This document shows positions 47,101 to 59,362 of a stretch of 64,000 nucleotides of DNA, one piece after another. Every line of letters begins with the position of its first letter. Position 1 is the first letter of the stretch. Under the pieces are notes generated by a model. That model had not been told where the DNA came from and searched no databases. It saw only the letters and a list, made by a program, of their open reading frames with translations. A program made the translations under genes and the position numbers. This DNA comes from Paraspadella gotoi (Eukaryota > Animalia > Chaetognatha), in assembly GCA_051294375.1 (NCBI GenBank), contig CM119266.1:7960606-8024605 (forward strand), in the 5' to 3' direction.

Positions 47101-48965
47101 TAAATTTTCGAAATCAAGGATTGGGTTAAGGGGATTCGTAAATATTAGAGGTTAAATCATTAGAGTAAAACTCAGTTAAAAATTTAGGGATTGTATGAAC
47201 AGAAACGGAAAAGAGAGCACAGTTATTTTAACTTTTGTTACTTGATAGATTTCGGAATATTTTATGAACCCGTTTATTTTGAAAGTTTAATAAAAAAAGT
47301 TTTTGTAATTAAACTGAAACTATTTGTTTGTTGGCTGACTTTACACGGAGAAAGAACGAGAATTCAAACGTATTTTAATGTTTACATTATTAAAATCATA
47401 AGCGATACTCGAGGAATGAATAACTAGTAACAGTTTGTGTTTGTTATTAAGTGGCGTTTCTTCTTCTTCTTCGTCTTTATTATGACCGACTGGGATGTGA
47501 CGTTCTTTCTCTTGCTGATGCGCTGATATCAAAACCTCCACGTAGAGCCTTGCCTCCGAGTCCCCCTAACATGGGTCTGTACAGTTACAGTACAGAAACG
47601 TCCACAGCGGCGCCACTGTCGCCAAAACAGAAACAGTTCTTATGCAGATTTATATTTATCACTTGCTTTATAATATCATCAAAAATACGTATGATTCTGC
47701 AAAGACGAGTTTTCTGAGTAAGGGATTTTCTGAAAGATTCACATCTGTCATCTAACAAACTCTTTTGGTTTTAACTTTATATGAAAAATTAAAAAACTTT
47801 TGGTAGAAAACTCAAGCTTTTTCATAATATCGGGCATCAGTGGGCCTCTTAATTTGTGGTGGTTCCTGAGGATGTAGGGCGGCGAGGATGGGCCGCAAGG
47901 GGGCACAGGAGGGCCACTGAAAAGAAAGAAAAAAGAAGGAAGGTAAAATAAGAAAACCGTATAATCCGTATCCCTCTATTAGGCCGCTCATGGTTTAAAA
48001 TAAGGCGCTAAATCTCGATCTCATCTTGTCAGAATGTTTACATTTAGACCCATAAGCTCGGTTCGTCGCTCAGACTAGAGAAAAGGCCACAATGATTTGT
48101 GTTTAATAAAAAAAAATCAGTAAGACAATGCATGGGTGGCAAGTCCTGGAGGCCCCAGAGTTTGGAGCACCTGAAGGCATTTTTCAGGCAGAAAATCGGT
48201 AATCGAAACTAAACTAAATTAATGGGAGAGCGGTGGGGGCCGGCCAGCGTGGCCCAGTGGCGGGGCGCCGCCATTATCTCTCGCCGGCCCCTGCTGAGAT
48301 GTGCTTAATAAATCCCTTCAAGACACCGGGCAGGTTATCTTCTCTCTTGGCGTAATTTTTAAAAAAACGTGGGACTAAAATGGGTTCTTTTGCGCCCGCA
48401 TGAGCGCCTGAGAAGAGGAAAGTGTTTTTTCGATCGTGATCTTCGACATGATAGCAAGTTGTTTTTTTTAAAAAAGTTAAAAATATCTGAAGGTTAGGAT
48501 TTTCTTGTTGATGAAAATTTATTGCGGTAAATAATTTATTTATTAAATTTATTAGGTAAAGGAATTTATTTCCTTGGGAGGGCAAATTTATTTGTCAATC
48601 GAATATGGCACGGGAAACCTGCGTTCACGAGCAGGCAGTTAAATACAGAAAAATATTGTTTATTTAAAAAAAGAAAAATTCTTTTTATAATTTTTTTATA
48701 TTTTCAGTTCTTGTCTTTTTTTCTCTCTGTTTTACTTTCTTTATTTTTCTCACTTCTTTTTTCCCACTCGAGCATAACATCAGAGAGCTCATCCAAACGC
48801 AGTTTGACTCTCCGTCCCGGCTCCTCGGTCCACATGCCTCCAAAAGTTTTCTCTATAAAAGGAGAAGAAAAGTGTTAAAACTTTTCATTGGTCGATTTTC
48901 TGAACAAAAACTTTTTTTTCGAAACTAAATTTCCTCTTCGGAAGCGCCAAAAAAAAAAAATCAAA

Positions 48966-50430
48966 ATGAATAGGCAAGTGTCGTGCGCCATCTTGTCCAT
49001 TCGCAATGGTTTTGGGTCAGTCCCCTACAAATGACTTCCTCGTTAATTTGAATGCTCCAATTTGATTTTCCCTTTTTTTTTACAACCTCTTTGTCCATAA
49101 TTTTCCATTTTCCGATAATTTTCCCATTTTATTTTTTGATGCCAGTTTCGGCCGGCATCGGCGAGGCCCAAGAAGAAGTTGTGTCCAAAAAAACTCTACT
49201 TTCCGAGCATTTGAGACAAAAGTAAGTGGCTTAATTATATTTAAAATGTTCTTATTTTTTAAGAAAGTTTTATTTTTTCTTTAGAGTAAGTTGCTTCTTT
49301 CCTTAAGGGATGAAAGCTGCCTTTTCTTTCTTTTTTTAATTAGGAACTTTTTTTTAATCATTTTTTGGTTTTTAAATGGCTTTCATTTTCGTTTTGGGTT
49401 AAGGGCTTTTGTTATTTTTTTCTGTATATATCTTTTGGATAAAGGGTTAATAATTTTTTTGTAAAGTCAGTTATTAAATATTTTAATGTTTTGGCAATAA
49501 CGTTATTTCTACATTTTCTGTGTTCTCTGTTTGCTATCAGCTGATTTCTAACTACAAGAACCGCACGTACGGCTTCGGAGCTAGTTAACCGCGTTAGGTA
49601 ATTAAAATACATAATTATATTTATATATATATTTATACTACACACATGTATACTGGCGTGTGGACGCGGCTATATCGAAAAGAAAAACTTAACGTGCGCT
49701 GCGCCTGTCTGAACGATTAGACGATACAATAATAAGAATGGTGGCAAAGTTTTTTTTAGGCTTTTTAACTTTAATATGACAATGAATGTGGATGTGGATG
49801 GTTTTTTCGGCGCGCTGGCATTGTATTGGCACACGATAATCCATACTTGATATATATTTTTCACTGGTCGTTTCTGAACATGACAGTATTATGACTTATC
49901 TTTAATTCACCTGGCTGAATTTTAAGCTTCATCACTATCCAAGATTGAACCTATTTAATTTTTTGTGTTCAGGTAAGTAAAAACAAAATTTTATGAAGAT
50001 TATATTAACAAATATGCTTAAATTGTCAAACACGTTATGTATTCTACCTTTTTGACGCTTTTATTATGCATTCAGAAATTCTTACATTAATTAATGTCAA
50101 TTTTCTGACAATATTGTTTAATAGAATTTCTTGATAATAAGAAGTTTTTAATAAGAGCGGATATTAGCTGGCCGTGACCTGTGTTATTTTTTTGGGGTCA
50201 TCCCTCTCTTCTCTCGTGTTTCTCTTTCACCCTCTGCTTTCTTTTTCTCCATTACCAGAACGCCTGGGCCGAGAAGTCTTCCTAATTTGGGCATACCGTT
50301 TGTCTCGAAGATGAGGATGAATTCAATGAGTTCAGTCTTCCGCATACAACCGAAGATGATGGAGCCCGACGCGGAAGAAACAACTGAACCTCCAAACGAC
50401 CTCCGAGGCGACGACGGACGCAAATCTTCT
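48966..50430 (+). pseudogene. Inverted, frameshifted and 3'-truncated duplicate of secreted precursor paralog A (possibly artefactual)
   Basis: Exon homologs at ~48966-49015, ~49146-49221 and ~50259-50430. Many indels, and the KR-cationic peptide end is missing. Confidence 0.6.
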
Positions 50431-50769
50431 GTTGGAATACCTCCGAGCTTGCAATTTTTCTAATCAAAGATGTTCCAGCTTGTAAGCTTTATCTCGAAAG
50501 ATAATCGAGCTTGCAAGCTTTACAACGAAAGATGTCCGAGCTGGAAAACTTGCTATCCAAAGATCTATTTATCTATTTCGTTTTTTTTTCCTCTCTTCCG
50601 CACTTTACTTTTCTTCTTCTCCTCTATTTTTTCCTTTCCTCTCTCCCCATATTTATTTTTCTTTTTCTCTCTTCCTCCACCTCTCTATTTTCCTTTCCTC
50701 TCTCCCTCTCTTTCTTCTCCTCCTCCTCTTCCTCCCTTTTATAAATCCTTACAACGAGTTTTCTCTAAT

Positions 50770-51092
50770 CTCCTCCTCTTTCTCCTCTTCCTCCTATTTC
50801 TCCTCTTCCTCCTCTTCCTCCTCTTTCTCTTCTTTCTCTTCTTCCTTCTCTTCCTATTCTTCCTCCTCTTCCTTTTCTTCCTCTTCTTCTCCCTCTTCCT
50901 CCTATTTCTCCTCTTCCTCTTCTTCCTTCTCTTCCTCCTCTTCCTCTTCTTCCTCCTCTTCCTCTTCTTCCCATTCTTCCTCCTCTTCCTATTCTTCCTC
51001 CTCTTCCTCTTCTTCCTCCTCTTCCTATTCTTCCTCCTATTCCTCTTCTTCATTTTCCTCCTCTTCTTCCTCTTCTCCCTCCTCTTTCTTCC
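50770..51092. repeat. (CTCTTC/CTT)n pyrimidine tract, 9-bp period
   Basis: Seen directly. Source of the FLLFLL and RKRRK pseudo-ORFs. Confidence 0.93.
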
Positions 51093-51783
51093 CTCTGGCG
51101 CCGCTTTAAATCATTCCCTCCTTCTGACCCAATTGTAAACGCGCCAAACGAAAGTGACCGCTGAGACTCAGTTGTTGTTGTTGTAACTAGTTGTTGTTGT
51201 TGTTGTAGTTATAGTTATAGATCTACAGATCATCAACAGATGATAGGACTCAGAAGGAACCGCCATTAACTTAACATCGGTTTAAGGTTTTTTGTTTTGG
51301 GGAATGGGTACTATCTCTGGGCAGATTCTGTTTTACTTTTTGTTTTGCTTTTTTCGTTGCTTGTTTCCCGGTTGCCAGGCAACGCGGTGCCAGTCGTCTC
51401 AAAGCGAGACGCCCCCTCGATGGGAAAGGTCGGTTCGCAGCGCCAGTCAATCCAATAACTGCCACATTTTCTGAGGGCGCCCTCGAAAATGCCACTCTTC
51501 GATGCCACGCTTCGAGTACCACGCTTCAGGACATTTAATTTAATGTTAATTTAGATAACTCGTGGACTCGTGGTCTCTGACGGTTTCAAGGGTTGAAAAA
51601 GGGTTTGAAGTTCGAACCGGCGAGTTTAAAGGTTGAGTTTGTTTACAGACCTTAAAATGTTTCACTAACTCATGCTTGACTTACTTGACTTCTCCTTTTC
51701 ATAAGTTTCCCTCTCGTCTTTATTCTCTTCGTCAATTCTTTTCTCATATTGGTGCGGCCTTAGCTGAAGAAGCATGAATATTA

Positions 51784-52370
51784 AGGCGGGCCAAAATTGA
51801 CAACTTGTATAACTTTTAATTCCTATTTTCCTTCTATTACTAATCGATTTTCAATGCAACTTTTTGAATTAGTTCATTGGGTTGTGTGCACTGAAGCTTT
51901 TAAATATTTATTAATATATAACAAATGACAAAAATTTTTTTTTTAAAAATTGTTTTTAAGAATGGATTCCTATAGAGCTTGAAAAGTTAAATGAAAGTTA
52001 GTACTACAATTTTAAAAAATTTTGACAAGAAATTGGTTAAAAACAGAAAAAAACGTTAAAAAATCATCATCATCATCATCATTGGCTGAATTTTATAGTT
52101 TTTTAAATTTTTATCAATAAAACAAAAAAATTTTAAAAATTTGTATTAATAACCTTTATCTAACTTTAAAGCTCTATCAGAATCCATTAAAAAAAATTGA
52201 AAAATTCAAAAAAAAATTTTTCACTTTATATAGTAATAAAATAATCTTTAAATGCTTCCGTGCGCTTATTAATAAGATAATTTTTTAAAATTATTTTTAT
52301 TTTCATATTCTCTAACAGTCACTATCATTATTATTTGAGAGAACTTCTAGTTTTCAACCTGTTCCGGCCT
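51784..52370. mobile_element. Degenerate palindromic MITE-like element with central (CAT)n; related copy in the opposite orientation at ~60600-61170
   Basis: Nested inverted segments: AATGGATTCCTATAGAGCTT vs AAGCTCTATCAGAATCCATT, GCACTGAAGCTTTTAAA vs TTTAAATGCTTCCGTGC, and ends AGGC...TTGACAACT vs AGTTTTCAA...GCCT flanked by TA-rich sites. Confidence 0.55.
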
Positions 52371-52376
52371 AATGAA

Positions 52377-52531
52377 TATAGTCGGGCATTGCATAAGTTC
52401 ACCCCGCCTATAAGCTTGAATAAAGCCATCAGCTCATGATCACTGGGTTCAATCCCAACCCGGTATCTACCCTCAAGCCTGGTTCCAATCCCAGAAGATA
52501 CTTATGGTAGACTTAAGGCCACTTATCCACG
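52377..52531 (+). mobile_element. Solo-LTR-like element, copy 3 (short, degenerate)
   Basis: TATAGTCGGGCATTGCATAAGTTCACCCCGCCTATAAGC...CTGGGTTCAATCCCAACCCGG...CTTATCCACG, flanks TGAA/TGTA. Confidence 0.75.
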
Positions 52532-52928
52532 TGTACTGCAGCTGAAACCTGTCAGTTTTTGAAAATTATAAATTCGTTGTTGGTAAACATTTAAAAAAAA
52601 AAGGCTCTGCTTCTTGATTAAACACAAAAAAAAAGTTATTGTCTGATCAGATGTTTTATTCAACGTAATATATCAAGCAACAAAATAACCTGTAATACAA
52701 AAATTTCAGTAACATTAAAAAATTTGACAAGGTCCTTGAAGTACGTAGATACGAAATTTGTACATTATAATTTTCTTTTTCAACGTTTGCGACCTCCAAG
52801 TTGAAAACATAACAGTATATTATACAGCAACACCATGTAATGCCCATATAACTATACTACAAAACGTTTTTCTTTCTTTCTCTCTTTCTCGCCGTCCCCG
52901 ACTTCATTCCATCTCTCTATCCGCTTAT

Positions 52929-54358
52929 CTATTGCCTGATAGACAACAATTTCAGAATATTGCTGTATTTCTTGAGGCTTCGTTTTTTAGTTTCGGAGAT
53001 TTCGGTCGTCGTCGCCTCGGAGGTCGTTGGAGGTTCAGTTGTTTCTTCCGCGTCGGTGCTGCCATCATCTTCGTTGTATGCGGAGATGAACTCATTGAAT
53101 TCATCCTCATCTTCGGACAAAAGGTATGCCCAAATTAGGAAGACTTCTTCGGCCAGGTCGTCTGGTAATGGAGAAAAAGAAAGAGAGAGTGAGAAACAGA
53201 GAGAGAGAGAGGGATGACCCCAAAAAATACACAGGTCACGGGGCTAATATCGCTTTATTAAAACTTACTTTTATCAAGAAATTTATTAACAATATTGTCA
53301 GAAAATTGAATTAATTATGTAAGATTTCTGAATGCATAATAAAAGCGTCAAAAAGGTAAGAATACATAACGTGTTTGACAATTTAAGCATATTTGTTATA
53401 ATCTTCATAAAATTTTGTTTTACTTACCTGAAAAAAAAATTAAATAGGTTCAATTTGGATAGTGATGAAAAGCTTAAAATCAGGTGAATTAAAGATAAGT
53501 CATAATACTGTCATGTTCAGAAACGACCAGTGAAAAATATTATCAAGTATGGATTTTATCGTGTGCAATACAATGCGCGCGCAGAAAAACATCCACATCC
53601 ACATTCATTGTATATTAAAGTAAAAAGCCTAAAAAAACTTTTGCCACCCATTTTATTATTGTATCTCTAATCGTTCAGACAGGGCAGGACGTTAAGTTTC
53701 TTTTCGATATAGGGTCCCACCCCAGTATATGTGTGTATATAAATATATATATAAATATAATATTGTATTTTAATTACCTAAGGTAATAGTCGAAGCGTCG
53801 GTTGTAGTAGAATCAGCTGGAGAACACAAAATGTAGAAAATAAGTTATTGCAAAAACATAAAAATATAATAACTGACTTTTTACAAAAAAATTATTATAC
53901 CTTTTATCAAAGATATATACAGAAAAATAACAAAAGCCCTTAACCCAAAAGGAAATGAAAGCCATTTAAAAACAAAAAAATGATTAAAAAAAGCTATAAT
54001 AAAAAAAGAAGAAAAGCAGCTCATCCCTTAAGGGAAAGAAAAGCAACTTACTCTTAAAGAAAAAATAAAACTTATCTTAAAAAATAAGAACATTTAAAAT
54101 ATAATTAAAAGCCACTTACTTTGTCTCAAATGCCGGAGTAGAGTTTTTTTGGACAAACTTCTTTTGGGCCTCGCCGATGCGGCCGAAACTGGGATCAAAA
54201 AATAAAATGGAAAATTATGGAAAATGGAAAATTATGGAAAAGGAGTTGTAAAAAAAAAGGAAAATCAAATTGAGCATCAAATAAACGAGGAAGTCATTTG
54301 TAGGTGACTGACCCAAAACCATGGCGATGACCAAGATGGCGACGAACTTGCTATTCAT
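52929..54358 (-). CDS. Secreted peptide precursor, paralog A, 115 aa. Exons 54358-54313, 54188-54120, 53161-52929
   Basis: MNSKFVAILVIAMVLVSAASA-RPKRSLSKKTLLRHLRQNDLAEEVFLIWAYLLSEDEDEFNEFISAYNEDDGSTDAEETTEPPTTSEATTTEISETKKR-SLKKYSNILKLLSIRQ*. Two GT-AG phase-1 introns. The exon-2 sequence lies in a noisy region. Confidence 0.8.
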
Positions 54359-56149
54359 TTTTGATTTTTTTTTTTTGGCTCCGAAGAGAAATTTAGTTTC
54401 GAAAAAAGTTTTTGTTCAGAAAATCGAATGAAAAGTTTTAAAACTTTCTTCTCCTTTTATAGAGAAAATTTTTGGAGCATGTGGACCGAGGAGGCCGGAC
54501 GGGAGAGTCAAACTGGTTTGGATGAGATTAAGTGAATGTTATGCTCGAGTGGAAAAAGAAGTGAGAAAAATAAGAAAGAAAACAGAGAGAAAAAAAGACA
54601 AGAATGAAAATATAAAAAAATTATAAAAAGAAAATTTTTCTTTTTTTAAAAAAACAATTATTTTTTCTGTATTTAAGCTGCCTGCTGTGAACGCAGTTTC
54701 CCGTGCCATATTCGATTGACAATAAATTTGCTCCCAAGAAATAAATTCTTACCTAATAAATTTAATTAATAAATTATTACCGAATAAATTTTCTCACAAG
54801 AAATCCTACCTCAGATATTTTAACTTTTTAAAAACAAGCTTTGCTTTATCATGTCGAAGATCACGATCGAAAACACTTCCTCTTCTCAGGCGCTCATGCG
54901 GGGCAAGAACCATTTTAGTCACGTTTTTTTAAAATTACGCAAGAGAGAAAATAACCTGCCCGTTGTCTTGAAGGGATTATTAAGACATCTCAGCAGGGGC
55001 GGCGAGAGAAATGGCGGGCCCCCCCACTGGCCACCTGGCCGCCCCCCCCCCCGCTCTCCATAATTTTAGTTTTTAGTTTTCGATTACCGATTTTCTGCCT
55101 GAAAAATGCTTCAGTGCTCAAACTTCTGCCTCCAGGACTTGCACCCTGGCATTGGTCTTTTACTGATTTTTTTTATTAAACACAATCATTGTGCCTTTTC
55201 TCTAGTCTGAGCGAGACCGAGCTATGGGTCTAAATTTGTAAACATTCTGACAAGATGAGATTTAGCGCTTATTTTTAACCATGAGCGGCAATAGAGATAC
55301 GGTTATACGGTTTTTCTTATTTTCTTTCCTTCTTTTTTTCTTTCTTTTCAGGGGCCCTCCTGTGCCCCCCTGGGCCCCATCTCGCCGCCCCTACATCTCA
55401 GGACCACCACAAATTAAGAGGCACTGATGGATATTATGAAAAAAAGCTTGAGTTTTTTACCAAAAGTTTTTAATTTTCATATTAAAGTAAAACAAAGAGT
55501 TTGTTAGATGACAGATGTGAATCTTTCAGAAAATCCCTTACTCAGAAAACTCGTCTTTGCAGAATATACGTATTTTTGATGATTATTATAAAGATGATAA
55601 ATATAAATCTGCATAAACTGTTTCTGTTTTGGCGATCATGGCGCCGTGTGGACGTTTCTGTACTGTACTGTACAGACTGTAGGGGGACTCGGGAGGCAAG
55701 GCTCTACGTGGAGGTTTTGATATCAGCATCAGCAGAGAGAAAGAACGTCACGGTAATAATAAAGACGAAGAAACGCCACTGTTTAATAACAAACAAACTG
55801 TACTAGTTTTCATTTCCTCATCGCTTATGATTTTAATTAATGTAAACATTAAAATACGTTTGAATCTCGTCTTCTCCGTGTAAAGTCAGCCAAAACAAAT
55901 AGTTCATTTAATTACAAACTTTTTTTATTAACTTGTCAAAATAACGTTTAAAATATTCCGAAATTTATAGTAACAATAAGTAAAATAACTGTGCTCTCTT
56001 TCCGTTTCTGTTCATAAATCCCTAAATTTTAACTGAGTTTTAACTCTAATATTTAACCCTAATATTACGAATCCCTTAACCCAATCCTTGATTTCGAAAT
56101 TTAAGATGAAATGAGGCGCTGTTGGAAAATAAGGCCAAAAACGGAGTAA

Positions 56150-58410
56150 TTCCTAACTGAAAAAGGCACTTGTCCCTTTATTCAAGAATGTAATTTTTTT
56201 AAATCTAATCAAACAAATGTTACATATTTTCCAATATTAAATGGCTCAAATATTTTAAATTGTAATACAGAAAATATAATATATTTAATATCATGTCATA
56301 TATGTTCAATGCAATATATAGGAGAAACAAAAAATAGTTTAAGAATAAGGTTTAACGGTCATAAAAATTCTATAAGGTCAGGAAAAAGTTCTCAAATTAT
56401 CCATCAACATTTTAACAATGAAAATCATGGTCTAGAAAACTTAAGAATTATACCAATAGAAAAAATTAGACCAATGAATAATATAATAAATCAAAATAAA
56501 TTAAGACTAGAAAGGGAAGCACATTGGGAAAGAAAATTTCAATCTCTTTACCCTTTTGGATTAAATGTAAGATTAAAAGGTACAGGAGATTTTGTACCAT
56601 TTCAACAAAACTATCAAATATATGGAAATACAAAGAGAAAAAAACGATCACACGGAAAAAGAAAACCAAAAAATAGAAGACCAGGGCATATTTTTACTTA
56701 TTTTTATTTATTTAAAAAATTTATACAATAATATAAAAAATCAAGAATATCACATGCATTATATTAAAACCTATCTTTATAGTTTGCCACAAGGAAAATT
56801 ATTAATTCTATACAATGAGAGTAGAAATTTGAATGATCATGAATACAGAATTTGACGAGTTAGCATTATAATGATATCAGGTATACGATTATTTAAACCA
56901 GTTTTAACAGAAAAAAATTAGAAAAAGAATATTATACCAGCATTAACTTTATAGATAAGAGGCTTGACTATATTAATTCTTAGTTGGAATTAAATAGAAA
57001 ACCATACAAAAACCAACAATACCCAGTATATTTTAATTACAAGGAACCCCAATAATAGGATATGATAGTATAAGAGCATTAGCGGGTTTTATTTTAATTA
57101 TAAAAAATGATTTGCAAAATGAGGATGTTTAATAATTATTTGATACTAAATTTAATTGGTCGTCGGATTGCAAAATTCACATTTAAGCATCCATATTCAT
57201 AACGCATAATTATCACAGCGTCAATGTCTCGAATAAATAGAAAAGAAATTAAAGAAACAATTTTGATAAAAAGGCCAAAATATAGACTACCTAGAAAAAT
57301 AAATTGGAAAAAAAATATGGATAATATAGCAAACTTCATAGATATATATACTAAAGATTGGATAAAAAAAGAAAATCAGGTCAATAAAGACACAAATATA
57401 AATATCAATGTTTTAAATGTATGGAAAAAGAGGTTTTAAATTAGTTAAAAAACGGTATAGAATATTGCAAAAATAAAGTTAAAAATACTTTCTCATTAAA
57501 TATTACGGGTTTTTAAAAACTGAACTAAATAGATTACAAGATAAATTTATAATAACACCAGCAGACAAGGCTCAAAACAATATTATTTTACATGTAAAAA
57601 TTCTATTACAAAAGATTAAAGAAGAATTAATAGACTCACAATCATATAACTTCACTAATGAAACCGCTGAAAGTATCAATAAACAGAATAGCTAAATTTA
57701 GTGAAGATTATGGAATTAAAGTAAAAGACGAAATGAAAGAAATTCCTATTATTTATTTTATTCCTAAAATGCATAAAAGTCCTACAAAACAAAGATACAT
57801 AGCTGGCTCTAAAATATGTTCTCTCAACACATTTTTCAAAATGTTTAAAGCTAATGCTAAAACATCTTAAAGTATACTATCAAGTAGTTTTTCAAAGATC
57901 TGAATAAAACATTATTGGATAATTGATAATTCTTTGGAGTTTTTGGAAAAAATTTCTCAATTAAAAACAGATTTTCTAGAAACATATGATTTTTCAACAT
58001 TATATCCATCACTTCCTCATTATGAAATTAGGAGTAAGCTAAAAATTTCATTCAGAACAATTTTTTCTAGGAAAATAAAACATATATAAATGTAAATCAT
58101 AATAAAGCTTATTTTTCAAATACTAAGAATAAGGGATATATTTCTTTTACTGAGAAAGATTTGAATATTGTCCTCAACTTTATTTTAGATAATGTTTTTT
58201 GTCAAATTTGGCTCCTTAATATACAAACAAACATTAGGAATACCAATTGGACTAGATTCTGGACAAGATATTGCCAATATGTTGTTATTTTATTTTGAAT
58301 CAACATATATGGAAAATATGTCAAAAAATAATTTAGGAATCGCAAGACAATTTAAAAATTGCTCAAGATATATTGATGACCTTTTTTCAGCCGATTTTAA
58401 GGATATAAGA
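56150..58410 (+). mobile_element. Penelope-like retroelement with N-terminal GIY-YIG endonuclease followed by reverse transcriptase (Naiad-type permuted order), frameshifted, RT truncated after YIDD
   Basis: TCPFIQ...LNCNTEN..YLISCHICSMQYIGETKNSLRIRFNGH...HF...RLEREAHW...LYPFGLN (GIY-YIG). Then ITPADKAQNN (~57552), PIIYFIPKMHKSP..RYIAGS, YWIIDNS, ETYDFSTLYPSLPH (~57979-58020), YKQTLGIPIG...IANMLL and RYIDDL (~58366-58383). The true 5' end is not located. Confidence 0.92.
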
Positions 58411-58444
58411 TTTTAAAATATAAGATAAGCAACAATGAAGAATC

Positions 58445-58507
58445 ACCATTTGGTGATGGCTCGCCTATACCTGGATTAAAGAGCCGAAATCCATGAAGGG
58501 TATAGGT
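58445..58507 (+). ncRNA. Degenerate type-I hammerhead-ribozyme-like motif just 3' of the Penelope-like ORF remnant
   Basis: TTGGTGA (CTGATGA with 2 changes), T, stem II GGCTC/GAGCC, GAAA, stem III TCC-atgaa-GGG, GTA triplet, weak stem I ACC/GGT. Hammerheads are an established feature of Penelope pLTRs. Confidence 0.4.
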
Positions 58508-59362
58508 TCCCAACTGATGACCTTCCATTGTATAAACATAAAGATAAAAAATATTCAAAAAAGAAATAATTAAAAAAATAGGATGAAGAAAAAATAAAAT
58601 TTTCATTAAAGTATTTTAAAATTATATTCATGACATAAAGGTGCCCCTATAGACCTTTCCCCAGTATGTATCCCTATCAGAAACATACAATTCTACATGG
58701 TAGTCTTATCCCTATTGGTAAAAAAATCATATATAACGTTGGTCCCTCAAAAAATTATCCATTCCCACCCCTTTCTGTTCAGCCTCTTAGATATTATGAT
58801 TTTTCATTAATGACTTTCTAACAGAAATGATGTGTGATATCTATTAGAAAACTAGGACAGATAGTAATCTAACCTTGTGTTGTATAGATGCTCCCTCTAT
58901 TTCCAGAAGACAACACTGACTTCCCCTTCCCAAATTGAATTATTAGATAAATAAAACATTTTTAAAAAGAAAGCATATATGTTTGAATAAATAATATAAG
59001 ATTAAATACTAAATCCTTCATAAAAATATTAAAATATTAAAATAGAAAAATGAAAAATAGTGAAACAAGTAATTTGCAAATTTTCATATTATAGTAAACA
59101 AAACAAATGTTGACATCTGATCATATCATTTATTTGGGGCATCATTTCACTACAAATATCAAGTACAATTCAAATGTATTTGACAAGGACCTTGACACAA
59201 TTCTGTATTTTCAAAATGTGCGACTACAAATTTGAAAACCTATCAACCTACAATACAGCGACACCATATAAACACCAATAAGACAATGCTACAAAACGTT
59301 TTCCTTTCATTTCTTTCTCGATTTCTCTCTCTAACTCTCGCTCATTGTTTCCCTCTCTTCAT

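Larger units (their letters stand above)
45400..57600. repeat. ~5-kb inverted duplication: left arm ~45400-50430, right arm ~52995-57600, ~2.5-kb spacer
   Basis: Collinear reverse-complement matches throughout (e.g. 50300-50425 vs 53000-53120, 47700-47760 vs 55500-55560, 45920-46030 vs 57120-57240). The copies differ mostly by 1-2-nt indels. Confidence 0.92.

Noticed and set aside
58432-58531. SECIS, twister or HDV-like ribozyme reading of the hairpin
   Set aside because: ATGA-to-AA spacing and the GA quartet do not fit a SECIS, twister motifs are in the wrong order, and no HDV P1/P3/L3 topology was found.
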